Assembly: GCA_964036045.1 (NCBI GenBank)
Contig: OZ038378.1
Coordinates: 171,802,001 to 171,866,000 of the forward strand
Direction of reading: 5' to 3'
Length of the DNA: 64,000 nt
Source of the DNA: Eutreptiella sp. 'Long Island Sound 2002'
Lineage: Eukaryota; Protista; Euglenida
Shown: positions 1-10,722 of the stretch, piece after piece
Numbering within the stretch: the first letter of the stretch is position 1
Layout: each line of letters begins with the position of its first letter
Program-made: the position numbers and the translations under genes
Notes under the pieces: generated by a model
Seen by the model: only the letters and a program-made list of their open reading frames with translations
What the model was told of the DNA's origin: nothing
Database searches by the model: none

Positions 1-239
1 CTGTCATAGACAAATACTGAGTCCTACTACCCCAAGGATGAGGATGACTACCAGGGAGACCCGGAACTGGCCAGCCGAGGGGTGGGGGCAGTGGGTAGTG
101 TGCTAGTGGCCCCTAGCCTATGGTGGAAGTGGGTACCGAGTGGCTTGTATGAGATGTACCGAGAGTGGTAGTCAGGCAGGGTGCTGGAGTTATCGAAGGG
201 CACGGGGGGTAGGCGCAGTGGACGGCCAATTACTGTACA

Positions 240-390
240 CTAGTCCTCCTCCTCCTCCTCCCCTGGCACGTAAACCTTAAAATTGTGCCTCCACTGGGCC
301 GGTAGACGAATGCTCCTGTAGCAGTTACTCAAATCCAACTTACACATCCACCACCTCGCCTGCTTGTTCTCAAAGACATCTCCTTTCCCT
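240..390 (-). pseudogene. Reverse-transcriptase fragment, tyrosine-recombinase retrotransposon type (DIRS/Ngaro/VIPER/TATE-like)
   Basis: Hand translation of the minus strand gives ..WWMCKLDLSNCYRSIRLPAQWRHNFKV.., resembling RT motif A of YR retroelements. The surrounding frames are broken by stops. Confidence 0.4.
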
Positions 391-1305
391 ACGGTTGCGC
401 CTCACTATGCCACTCCAGGGTTTTCGTGGATTTACGAAGAAAGCTGCCCACCGCTAGTACTTGTGTACGAGGATGAGTCGATACAGATGGCCATGGGCAC
501 ATGGTGTAGCTAGCACTGGTGGGCAGCGTGAATATGAGTTCGACGACCGAGATGCCTAGTGATGAGGATGGAGAGAAGGCCCCAAACAGGAGTATAGGGG
601 AGACATTGGAGAAGCAGACGGCTTGCACGGCGTGCGATGTGATACAAGTGGTTAGTGGAATGGAGAGTGTGCCGGGCGAGCAAGTTCCCCGGTTGAATGC
701 AGCACTTCTATCAATGATTCAAGGGGTCCAGGATGCCACGAATACCCAGGGTATGGCCGAGTCTAGAGTTCTGGAGCCTTTGGAGACACTACGGGATGGA
801 CCTCCGACTCACCCTCTGTGCTCCACCTCACGCATACTCTGTAGCCACATGGGTGTACGACACATCACCCGGGAGACCCTCTGGTATACTGTGCCCCATG
901 CGACTGTTCCCTGGGCGCCCCAGTTGAGAGCCTAGTGGAGTACCGTAGGGTGTCCTTCTGGCCAAAACCAATTGCCCGCCAAGTCCGCCCGCCGAAGGAA
1001 AATAAACGCGTTTATGCGTTTATTTTCGCGATTTTCACCGTTTTGGCCCCGTTTGGGCCGTTTATTGATGTTTATTGATGTTTGTTTTTCTGTTTTTTTT
1101 TGTGTTTTTCAAAGGTATTTGAAAGGTTTATGTGGTTTTCATTGCCTATTGCCTTTTTTTTTGGCTTTTTTTCAATCTAATTTGTCACAGAATTCACTTG
1201 TGAGCTGATTTTTCGAGGTGTTTATGAGTGTCGCCACTGTCTTAAGCAGCACTACACGGTCCCATGGTTCCGCAGACAATATACAAGGTAGAAACTACAA
1301 AGCAT

Positions 1306-1310
1306 AAGTA

Positions 1311-1350
<40 letters not shown>
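1306..1350 (+). repeat. (AAGTAG)n-like microsatellite
   Basis: Directly visible tandem hexamer. Confidence 0.8.
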
Positions 1351-1715
1351 GGAGAGATAACGAAACGATCCGCGAAGAGCACTAAGGTCGCTAAGTGTAG
1401 AATTGTTCTCATGTGTCTCATGGAGTCCCTACACGTGCACGCTTATGGGGTCAAGCTTGTGGAGTAGACGTTCAAGTAGTGGTTTGAGGCCCTGGTCGCA
1501 TTCTTCAGCAAGGGTGTGCAATTGGGAGAAGCGAGGTTGCGAGAGCTCCGCAGGCATAACGTTCGGGACGGGGTCGGGGGCAAGGGTCGGCACACGCTTC
1601 ATTAGTAGGAGTTTCTCGGGTCAAAGCTATACCAAGGGTTCAAGGCCTAGGGGAAAGGGTGGGAATGGGTGGCTCATACAATCTTCTCTTTTGTCCCTCT
1701 CACTAGCATCTTGTT

Positions 1716-2462
1716 ATGTGTCCCATTTGGGTTCGACGCGCCGACGAAGGTCAATGGGTGCACCTAGACTCCGTTGCCGATGCGGTAGCTCATGTGAAGC
1801 ACAACGATACGGACATCTTTCACACGCATGTCACCCGGACGGCAAACAAAGGGGCTACCAGCAAGGGATGGCATTTCTCTTTTGAAGATGAGATCCCACA
1901 TCCACCCCTTTTGGCCACCGCCCCTCTGAGCAGTGCACCAGCGGTGGTGTCTTCCTTCTTCCGCCCTGTCTCTTCTCTCCCGACATGTGCTTGCTGTGGC
2001 AACAAACTACTCGGGGATATCCTCACTTGCACCAATTGTCATCACAAGGTTCATGTCTTGTGCACGTAGCGCGGTCATTGCTTGAAATGCGTATGCCGTG
2101 TGTGCAATCAACCACCCGGTCCTGACATGCGGGCATGCAAAACATGCAAGCATCTGGTGCATACCACATGTGCAGTGCACGTCTCCTTCCGTGTGGAGGT
2201 CGTATGCAAAGCATGCACACTCCGGCCACGGGAGCACCCACCGCCTGCCAAGAAGGAGAGGCGTCGGTTCCAACTCGCATGGCAAGCCCGTCGCCCATGG
2301 TTGCAACATGCCAATGGCGTGATGTGGTGCGCTGCCTGCTGGGAGTACCCCCAGACCGGTGTGCAACAGTGTTGGGTGACCGGCAACAGACAATTGCGCC
2401 GTAGGACTGTGGAACAACACGGCAACTCGGGCTTGCACTGCTCCCAGCATGGACACCCGTGA
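1716..2462 (+). pseudogene. Degenerate N-terminal part of a hAT-like transposase: NUMOD1-like motif, two PHD-like fingers, TTF-type zinc finger
   Basis: ORFs 1716-2069 and 2082-2462 are in one frame, separated by TAG at 2067-2069. Two C4HC3 patterns (CACC..CTNC..HVLC..CLKC; CRVC..CKTC..HTTC..CKAC) are followed by RRRFQLAWQARRPWL..MWCAAC..TVEQH..LH, typical of ZnF_TTF in hAT transposases. Confidence 0.5.
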
Positions 2463-3630
2463 CAGCCGGAGTGCTGCCATCGTGTGTGGGTGACAGTGAC
2501 AGTCCCAGCCATAGACAGGGTGGCACAGACAACGACGCAGATGCAGGGCAGGGTAGCAGTGCAGGGCAGGGCAAGGCAGGGCAGGGGGGCACAGAAAATC
2601 AATTAATTGCACACACGCATGTGTCACACAAATGTGTGCATTGTATCCCAGCTCCGCAACGTTGACACCCCCAGCATTGATGCCCCCGACAACGCAATAT
2701 CGCAAGGTGTGCTGCCGTTGTGTGTGGGTGACAGCAACAGTCCCAATCACAAACAGGATGGCACAGACAGTAGTGCAGGGCAGGGCAGCAGTGCAGGGCA
2801 GGGCAGGGCAGGGCAGGGCAGGGCGGCACAGAAAATCAATTAAAAAACATGGCACTCACTGACAGCTGCGAAAGGTGACCCCCCCCCCCCGGCCCTCCAT
2901 CCTCAACGTTGCACACACTTTTGTGTCACACAGATGTGTGCAGTCCAGCCCAGCTCCGAAAAGTCGACACCCCCGACCGCGCAAATTCGCAAGGTGTGCC
3001 ACCGTTGTGTGCGGGTGACAGCGACAATCGCAGTCACAAACAGGATGGCACAGACAGCAGCGCAGGGCAGGGCAGCAGTGCAGGGCAGGGCAGCAGTGCA
3101 GGGCAGGGCAGGGCAGGGCACGGCGGCACAGAAAATCAATTAAAAAAACATGGCACTCACTGACTGTTGCGAAAGGTTAACCCCCCCCCCCCGGCCCTCC
3201 ATCCTCAGGGGGACAGTGACAGTCGCAGTCACAAACAGGGTGGCATAGACAACATTGCAAGGCAGGGAAGCAGTGCAGGGCAGGGCAAGGCAAGGCACGG
3301 CAGCACAGACAATGAATTAAAAAAGAACATGGCACTTACTGTTGGGACAGGTGAGGGTTCCCCCCCCGGCCCCTGGCCCGGCCCTGTATGCACACACTTC
3401 TGTGTCACACAGATGTGCGCAGTCCAACCGTACCTTCAAGACCTTCGTCCGAGAAGATGGACACCTAGGGCGGCGCAATTTCGCAAGGTGTGCCGCCGTA
3501 GGGTGTGGGTAACAGTGACAATCCCAGTCACAGACAATAAATTAAACGAAATACGGTGCGCCAGGCAGTCAGAGGGACTCAGACTCATGGACAAAAAAAA
3601 TTACACTCACTGTTCGCAGAGGTGACCCCC
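2463..3630 (+). repeat. Complex tandem repeat, about 4-5 diverged units of roughly 170-320 bp with internal (GCAGG)n arrays
   Basis: Recurrent blocks GGTGACAG..CACAAACAGGATGGCACAGAC..GCAGGGCAGGG..CACAGAAAATCAATTAA. Confidence 0.8.
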
Positions 3631-3933
3631 GCCCCCCCCTTGCCCCACTGTCCTGTGTGTGAGCGACACCAGGCGGCAGCGCAAGAAGCGAAAGCTCAGG
3701 AAAAGCAGGAACCCAGGACAGGGTCGATAATGACAGAACCTGTAGCCCCTGCATTGTGGTGCGGATATCTCAGAGGTTTCAAGCCCAACAATGCATGCAT
3801 GTCTGAAATCTGCGTTCTGACGCAGAGCTTTCCGTCACAAGAGCCGCGTCCTGCCGCGGCTTGCAGCAGCACACAGTAGCGATAACGAAGCAGCTGAACT
3901 CCGCGTCGTGTCGCGGAAGAGCATCCGGGCGTA

Positions 3934-4573
3934 ATGCCGCCGGGAAGGACAAGGCAGGAGAAGGGACCACGTCAGCAACGGCATGGCCCTTACACACATC
4001 CAGCCAGCCCCAAAGAAGGTCAAGCCTCAGCAAGAACGCCAACGTGTCAAGGTGCAAGCACTGAGCCAGCTAGACGCTATCGCGAATGAAGGACTGAGGG
4101 CAGTCGAATCAGAGCTGACCACAATGGCCTGGGCCCGCAATCAGCAGATGTGGCTCCGACTGGACCAACCACACAGCACCAGGATGCACTGTGAGATTGT
4201 AGACAATCACGGGGAACCATTGCTGATGAGCAATCAGGAGCTCTACTCGGTGATGGTCCAGATCAATTGGACCCTGAAGACTCAGGCTCTGGCGAACATG
4301 CAGGTCCAGTGGCGACCCAAAAGTGCAGGCACGTGGCATCCGTTCCAGTGGGAGGCGATCCTCCACTGTCCGACGGCAGAGGGACACAGAGCGGTGCCCT
4401 CATCTGTGCGCAGAACTGGAGACTGCATGCATGTGTGGCTGGCAGGCCGAGCGGACCTCTTGAGGCTGTTCCAGAGAACGCTCTTCAGGCAGGCGTACCT
4501 GGTACCCGGGGACGCTGTGCGGTTCCTCTACACGATGCTGAGCACACCCCAGTGCGAAAGGAGATATGCATGA
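3934..4573 (+). pseudogene. LINE accessory ORF3, copy A (2-nt deletion in a CA run near 3990)
   Basis: ATG CCG CCG GGA AGG at 3934 aligns with the ATG at 21556. TACACACATC here versus TACACACACATC in copy B shifts the frame. The remainder closely matches 21556-22197. Confidence 0.75.
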
Positions 4574-4631
4574 CAGGGGATGACACGCAGGGGGGAGTAG
4601 GACAGATTGGAGCAAGTGATGCAGATAACAA

Positions 4632-4735
4632 ATCGTCATAGCCCAGTGGATTAACCGCACCTCTTCTGTCCTGTAGAGGAGGGTTCGAACCCCGGGGGGG
4701 ATAGAGATCCACCGAACGTCCCGAAAACCCCTTTT
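4632..4735 (+). ncRNA. tRNA-derived Pol III cassette inside the LINE 3' region (copy A)
   Basis: A box TAGCCCAGTGG 4639-4649, B box GGTTCGAACCC 4682-4692, TTTT 4732-4735. CTGTCC resembles a tRNA-Asp anticodon loop but the stems are imperfect. Confidence 0.55.
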
Positions 4736-4738
4736 ATG

Positions 4739-4845
<107 letters not shown>

Positions 4846-5723
4846 GCAGTGGGACGCAGTGGGAGAGGAACGGAGAGGAGAGAGAGAGAGAGTGGGGCGC
4901 AATGGAAAAGGAACGGAGAGAAGGAGAGCGAGAGAGAGGGCAGGAGAGCGAGAGAGAGGGCAGGAGAGAGGGCAGGAGAGAGAGAGAGGGAGAGAGTGGG
5001 AGAGAGACCCACATAGCAAGAGTCGGTGGCTAACCGGCGCAACGGGAGGGTGGTGGGTTCGAGCTGACCAGGGTGTATGGGACGCCATGGCAGCACAGAG
5101 CAGTTTAATGGTGAAACAACAGGGCGCCATTGCGCCCCTGGAGCAGAGGCGCGACACGTCGTTACGTGTTGAAAAGCCGAAGCATGACAAGGGCTGCGAG
5201 AATGCGGCCCATGTGACGGTATTGGAAGCGAATGGACATGAAAATGTGGGCGGCTTGTGCACGCATGGTGTGGTGCTGAAAAGGTATGCACCACACACAG
5301 TACAACAATGATCTGTTGAAGTGACCGGCAGCCAGAACTTTTGTTGAAATGTTGAGATGCCTTTGCGCCACCATAGGCGCCTTTGCGCCCCCGAAGTTCG
5401 GGTACGGCACGTCCTCACGTGCCAGAGAACAAGTGCATGACAGGGGCGCGACCTGCAGGGCAAGGGTTAGAGACTAACCGGCACTGTGGGAGGGTGGTGG
5501 GTGCGAGCTGACCTCCGTGTCCAGAGGACCAAAGCCAAAGCACAGTCAGCAACCACCTGGTGTGGTACATAACTGGTCTGCGCTGTAGTGCAGCAAGAAA
5601 AACACTGAACGATGTGGTTATGACCATGCGCCTGTGACACGGGGGCGTATGCGAGCCCAGTTTCCGTTGCCTCATGGCCCTTGCCCCACATCCACCACTT
5701 TGCACCGCCTCTGTTCTCCACAG

Positions 5724-5878
5724 ATCTGTGGAGTTCACCCGCAGCCGCCGACATGGAGACCCCCTACGACAGCGACAATGATTCACATCGTCATCGGCAA
5801 CCATGGCTCCTCGATGTTCAACACGCCAGCCTCGCCGAACAGGTCGCCGACTCCGCCGAATGGCCTCCCGACTTTTAG
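5724..5878 (+). CDS. Candidate orphan exon of an unidentified host gene
   Basis: Pyrimidine-rich acceptor CTGTTCTCCACAG at 5723. Frame LWSSPAAADMETPYDSDNDSHRHRQPWLLDVQHASLAEQ with C/G-ending codons. Possible donor at 5843 or stop at 5878. No partner exons were identified. Confidence 0.3.
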
Positions 5879-6774
5879 TGTAGGAAGATGGGAGTATAGG
5901 AAGATAGGAGGAGGACCAAGGCTCGTTCCGGACCCCACCCGCACAGAACAGAAAAACAGGAAAATTTCGACGCGAACTAGCCTTCCGAGAACTGGTTACG
6001 ACTTTGCATCTTTGCTTTGTGGATGGGTTGTGTTTGCATGCTTGAGGAAGTAAGGGAATTAGCAGGTGCAAGGGACAACAACAAGCATCCAACAGCCAAC
6101 AAAAGCCTAGTTAACAATCCTGTGACAAAAAACAATTTACTAGAATCAGATTTATTGAACCCTAATCGGAACGTTTTTTTGCCGAACGTAAACCTTTTGG
6201 TCGAAAATCCTGTCACGAAAAACAAAAGCTGTGTACCCAAGCCAATGTATTTTCACTAGAATGAAAACCTTTTTACCAAAAGCAAAACCCACATACACAA
6301 ATGTTTTACCAAAATCCTTTTCCCAAAATGAAAACCTTTTTGCCAAAAATAAAACTGTTTTACCAAAACCAAAGCCATTTCACCAAAATGGAACCGCTTT
6401 TACTGAAACAACCTCTTACCCAGTTGCCAGTACCTAATAGCAAAGTCCTTTTAGCAGAATCAAAACCTATTTACCAAAATCAAAAAGTTTTCTCCAAAAT
6501 GAACAAAATTTAACTAATCGCAAAACCAAAGTCATAAAGTGTTTACCAAATCTTTTCACCAAATCCGTTTTTATAAAAAAAACGAAAAAAACAACCTTTT
6601 CACTCCTCGGCCCGCCAGCCCGCCGAGACCCCTGTCGGCGGGCGTGTACACAAGGCAGATTCTGGGGAAAACGACACGCAATTTTTGCAGGTAATTTTGA
6701 AAATATTGTAGGTAGATTTCCTGGTTTTAATGTACCCAAATATGTAGGATGAAGGACCAGCACCGCGGTAACAT

Positions 6775-7767
6775 GTGAGGATCTTCAATAGGCTATGGTG
6801 GTCTGGGACCCTGATGCACTTGTTTTGGGTCAAGTCAAAGATGATGCTGGCGGATGCCTTGTCCAAGTTGAGTGGGACCGACCCGACATCCATTACTCAG
6901 GCTACAATAGACGCTCTTTCTAAGTGGAGATCCCTCATGTCCAATATCCACCAGTTGACCCACATGGGCTCGGCCTGGGTCTGGGCACAAGTCAGCTCCT
7001 TACGGCAGCGCCTGGCCAGTACTGACCTCCGTGCCATAGCCTTTTTCATACATGCTCGTGTCTGCACACGTGAGCCGAGGCCTCTTGGTGTCATGCCCCC
7101 AAAGGGGCAAGATGAAAGGCCTAAGCCTCAACAGGAGAGACAGGGCTTCAAGGTGCTGGCCATACAACGCTTGGCGGAAGTGGAATAGGAGGCATTGGAG
7201 ACGGTGAGGCTGACACTTGAAGAGATCATCTGCATGCGAAATCAAAGAATATGGCTCCGACTACAAATCAACTTGGGAGTAAGAACGACGATGGAGGTGG
7301 TCACGACCAGAGGGGAACCACAGGTGATGCTGAAGCAGGAAATGTACTCGTTGCTCGTTAAGGTGATGTGGACTCTTAAACCGAGAGCATGCGAGAACAT
7401 GCTGGTAAGGTGGATCTGCAAAGACACACTTCACGACTTTGATTGGGAGGTCTCCCTGATTGTTCCCACCCGGGGAGGACGGAGGTAAGTTTCAGTTTCC
7501 ACCAGCCAAGCCACGGGGTCACACCACATCTGGTTTTCGGGAATGCCCAGCATCCTGCGCGTTTCGAACAAGTGCTGTTCCGATAGTTTGATCCAATTTC
7601 GGGCGATGCAAGTAGTCTATACGTATTTGATTACACCATGCAAGGGCAAGACCTACTCTATTGCGAGTGTTGTGGAGGACGAGAGTTGCATACTCCTGGG
7701 ATGTACTTTCCTCATGAGTCATGGGTCTCGGGCAGGATACATACCCGTGTCTTTACACGGGTACTGA
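6775..7767 (+). pseudogene. Fragment of a YR-type retroelement: RNase H C-terminus followed in frame by a diverged homologue of LINE ORF3
   Basis: LFWVKSKMMLADALSKL resembles the DIRS/Ngaro/VIPER RNase H end. From 7093, MPP..KPQQERQGFKV..RNQRIWLRL..GEP..QEMYS..TLK..NMLVRW..HDFDWE..HIWFSG aligns with 21556-22197. In-frame stops at 7186-7188 and 7486-7488. Confidence 0.6.
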
Positions 7768-8348
7768 AGCCCTTCGGTGTCATACCACCGAGGGTGTAGG
7801 GAGGTGACCTTCCCCACAGGCGCAGGTGGTCAGGTCTCTTAAGCTCAAGTCTGCACTCACCTACCTGCAGCGACACGGTCCCCGGTGGGGTGGGCGCGGC
7901 CAGTGATGGAGCACGTGCATGAGTTTGTGTTGTGCGTGTGAGACCGGAATCCAGAGAGGGAAATTGAGGGATTCACGGTGGGGAATCACTTGATTTGCCA
8001 TGCATGTCCATTCTGATTTCAGAATAATTTTATATTTCGGTGGTCGCTGCCCGCCCGCCAGCCCTACACGACGAGTTGTTTCCATACACTCACGGACACT
8101 CACACAATGCTGAACACATAGCCCACCAGCGGCCAGTGATGGAGCATGTGCCTGAGTTTTTGTTGTGCGTGTGAGACCAGAGTATACAGAGAGGGAAACC
8201 GGCTTGAAAGATACTATATGAACCGGGCGGCGTTCCCGCAATGTAGCATAGCACCCGTGAACTCACCGTCGCGGCTTCTGGACTATGTTTGCTGAAATTC
8301 AATGAGTGGGTACAAACTTGTTTGCGATGATTGGGTTGGGGGTGCATG

Positions 8349-8426
8349 GTGTCTAGAACTAGACACATCCTTGCAACTTCGCGAGCAACACTACGCTTTT
8401 CATCGGGTGTGTCTAGAACTAGACAC
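8349..8426. repeat. Two copies of the palindrome GTGTCTAG-AA-CTAGACAC
   Basis: Exact copies at 8349-8366 and 8409-8426; degenerate variants near 8555, 8680, 8740 and 12850. Confidence 0.8.
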
Positions 8427-9061
8427 CACCTTGAAAACTCATGGCTACAAACGTGTTTCCATTGACGAGGTGGGCCGCCATGAAATAGGGTGTGTGGAAA
8501 CTTGTTTCCGTTGAGAGGTGCGCCACCTCTTGTAGATGTGTTTTGCTTCCACATCGTCTAGAACCAAACACCTATGGTAAGTTCACATGCACCCCGGGGA
8601 GGGTGTGTAGTTTCAGACACTTCATCCTGTGTGTTGCTTGCACGGCTAGTGTTTTGGGAGAGGTTGGGGATGAGTGGTGTCTGCTTTTAGACACATTTGT
8701 GCTGAAGCATACCTCCGAAACTGTTGATATGAAGTTCTGTTTGGTTCTAGACAATTTGAGAAAACAAACGATTCACTTTTTCCTTTCGAGCTGTTGCGCA
8801 TCATAGATCAATGTACAGGTACGTGGTACAGTGTGGTGAAGGGGGAGGAAAAACGACAAAAAGGTCAAAAATTGCATTTTGTGCACACGGTTTGCCAACA
8901 ATCACGGTGTGTGGAACCATGCAGAAACTGATTTAGTGTTAATTCTTGTTCTTCACTAGCCTCCATGGGCACTGAGACCTCATGGATGTCCCGGGGGGGC
9001 GGCCGGGCCCGGTCCTTGTATGCGACACCCCCCACCCCCCCCCCCCCCCCTCCCCCCCCCG

Positions 9062-9086
9062 TTGCCCAGTTTCCGTTGCCTCATGG
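9062..9086 (+). mobile_element. 25-bp extreme 3' fragment of the LINE with TSD CCCCCCCG
   Basis: GCCCAGTTTCCGTTGCCTCATGG is identical to the LINE 3' terminus. CCCCCCCG flanks it at 9054-9061 and 9087-9094. Confidence 0.6.
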
Positions 9087-9307
9087 CCCCCCCGGGTTTT
9101 GAAAGATAGTGGTGCCGGGTCGGCCACCAACAAGTGTCCCTAGAGAAAATTGTCCGGCGCCGAAGGCGCCAATTTTTTTTTCATACTATGTGTTTATACT
9201 CAAAACACTCAAAATTTTGTAGAGAATTCATATTTGTGTTAAACAACAAGAAAAAATTTTGACCTGAAGGAGGGCTACAGGAGGGCTGCACACCCTAACA
9301 GCAACTC

Positions 9308-10475
9308 TAGCCCTAATCAAGACTGAATATTGGGACCGAGCTGGTGGGGGAGGGAACATCAGCTATGACTGATGAGGGACATCAAGAATGATTCACACAC
9401 ATTGATGGCTCTTGACAAAGTGAAATCAGCTTGCACGTGAACCCCATCACCACGAGGCCCACTTTCAAGGCTTTTTGGACTTCTGAGGGGCCAAAATGCC
9501 CCAAAATGGGCTCAAAATGGGCCCATTTCACCCGTTTGTGCACCCCAAATGGTCTAGGATGAGTTTTGGAAAAATGCGTTTTTGACCCATTTTTACCCAA
9601 TTTTGGTCCCAAAACATCGCATCTTCAAGGCATTTTGGTATTTTCGGAGGACCAAAATGGGCCACCACAAGCTCAAAACAGTCCAAAAACACTTGTTTTA
9701 GCGTCGCACATGGTCTAGGATCATTTTTGAGAAAAGTCATATTTTTGCCCCTATTGGACCCTGTTGACCCATATGGGCACCCACTTGTTTGGGCTCGAGC
9801 TTGCAGCTTGCCGCAGCCTGGTGGGCCTAGGTATTGGGGTCCAGGCGTCCGTTTGGGCAATTCTGAGGGGTGGAAACCACAAAAAGTGGGGGTTGCGGGT
9901 GGCGTAGGTGCCCTCGGAATCGCATTTGGAGGCATGTAGCCAAAGATATGGCCTATTCTTGGTTTGTGGCTGTCAGCATTTGGAGCTTCTAGGGGCCTTT
10001 TTGGGCCGTTTCCGGGACATATCATGGAGTTACAGGGCCGCAAAGAGCTCGTTGACACGGGGAAGTCAAGCCGCACGTGGAGTGTACCCACCGTTTCCCT
10101 TCATTTGGCCGTTTTGAATGTGTTCCAGGGCTTTTTTGGCCCAAAAATGGCTGTTTTTGGCCCTAAACTGCAGTTTTTGAAACTGAGGTCTGCCACTTGC
10201 GAATCCCGTTCCCGGCCGCCACCGTTGAGTTTTCTGCTCAAACTTTGTGTGATTGTACTTCACACCCATAGGTATCATCCACCAAAATTTCACCCGAATC
10301 TGAAGCACCACGACGGAGTTGTGATTTTTAGCCATTTCGCGCGTGCTGCTTCCTGCTTGCTTGCTTGCTTGCTTGCTTGCTGCTGCTAAACCTGGTAGGT
10401 CCACCCTAGACACTAAAAAGGGTTATAAAACCAAGACTGGTTCCACCAGCTCGGTGACCCTAGCCCTAACCCTAA
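9308..10475 (+). mobile_element. Non-coding element flanked by CCCTAA-like repeats, with 13-bp subterminal inverted repeats and an internal (GCTT)n tract (copy 1)
   Basis: ACCGAGCTGGTGG at 9335-9347 versus CCACCAGCTCGGT at 10443-10455. CTAGCCCTAA blocks at both ends. Homologous to 15812-17466. Confidence 0.7.
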
Positions 10476-10722
10476 TCAAGACTGAATATTGGGACCGAGC
10501 TGGTTGGGGAGGGAACATCAGCTATGACTGATGAGGGACATCAAGAATGATTCACACATTGATGGCTCTTGACAACGTGAAATCAGCTTGCAGGTGAACC
10601 CCATCACCACGAGGCCCACTTTCAAGGCTTTTTGGACTTCTGAGGGGCCAAAATGCCCCAAAATGGGCTCAGAATGGGCCCATTTCACTCGTTTGTGCAC
10701 CCCAAATGGTCTAGGACCCCCA
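10476..10722 (+). mobile_element. Head-to-tail partial second copy of the telomere-repeat-flanked element
   Basis: Near-identical to ~9317-9560 and starts immediately after the 3' CCCTAA block of copy 1. Confidence 0.75.
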
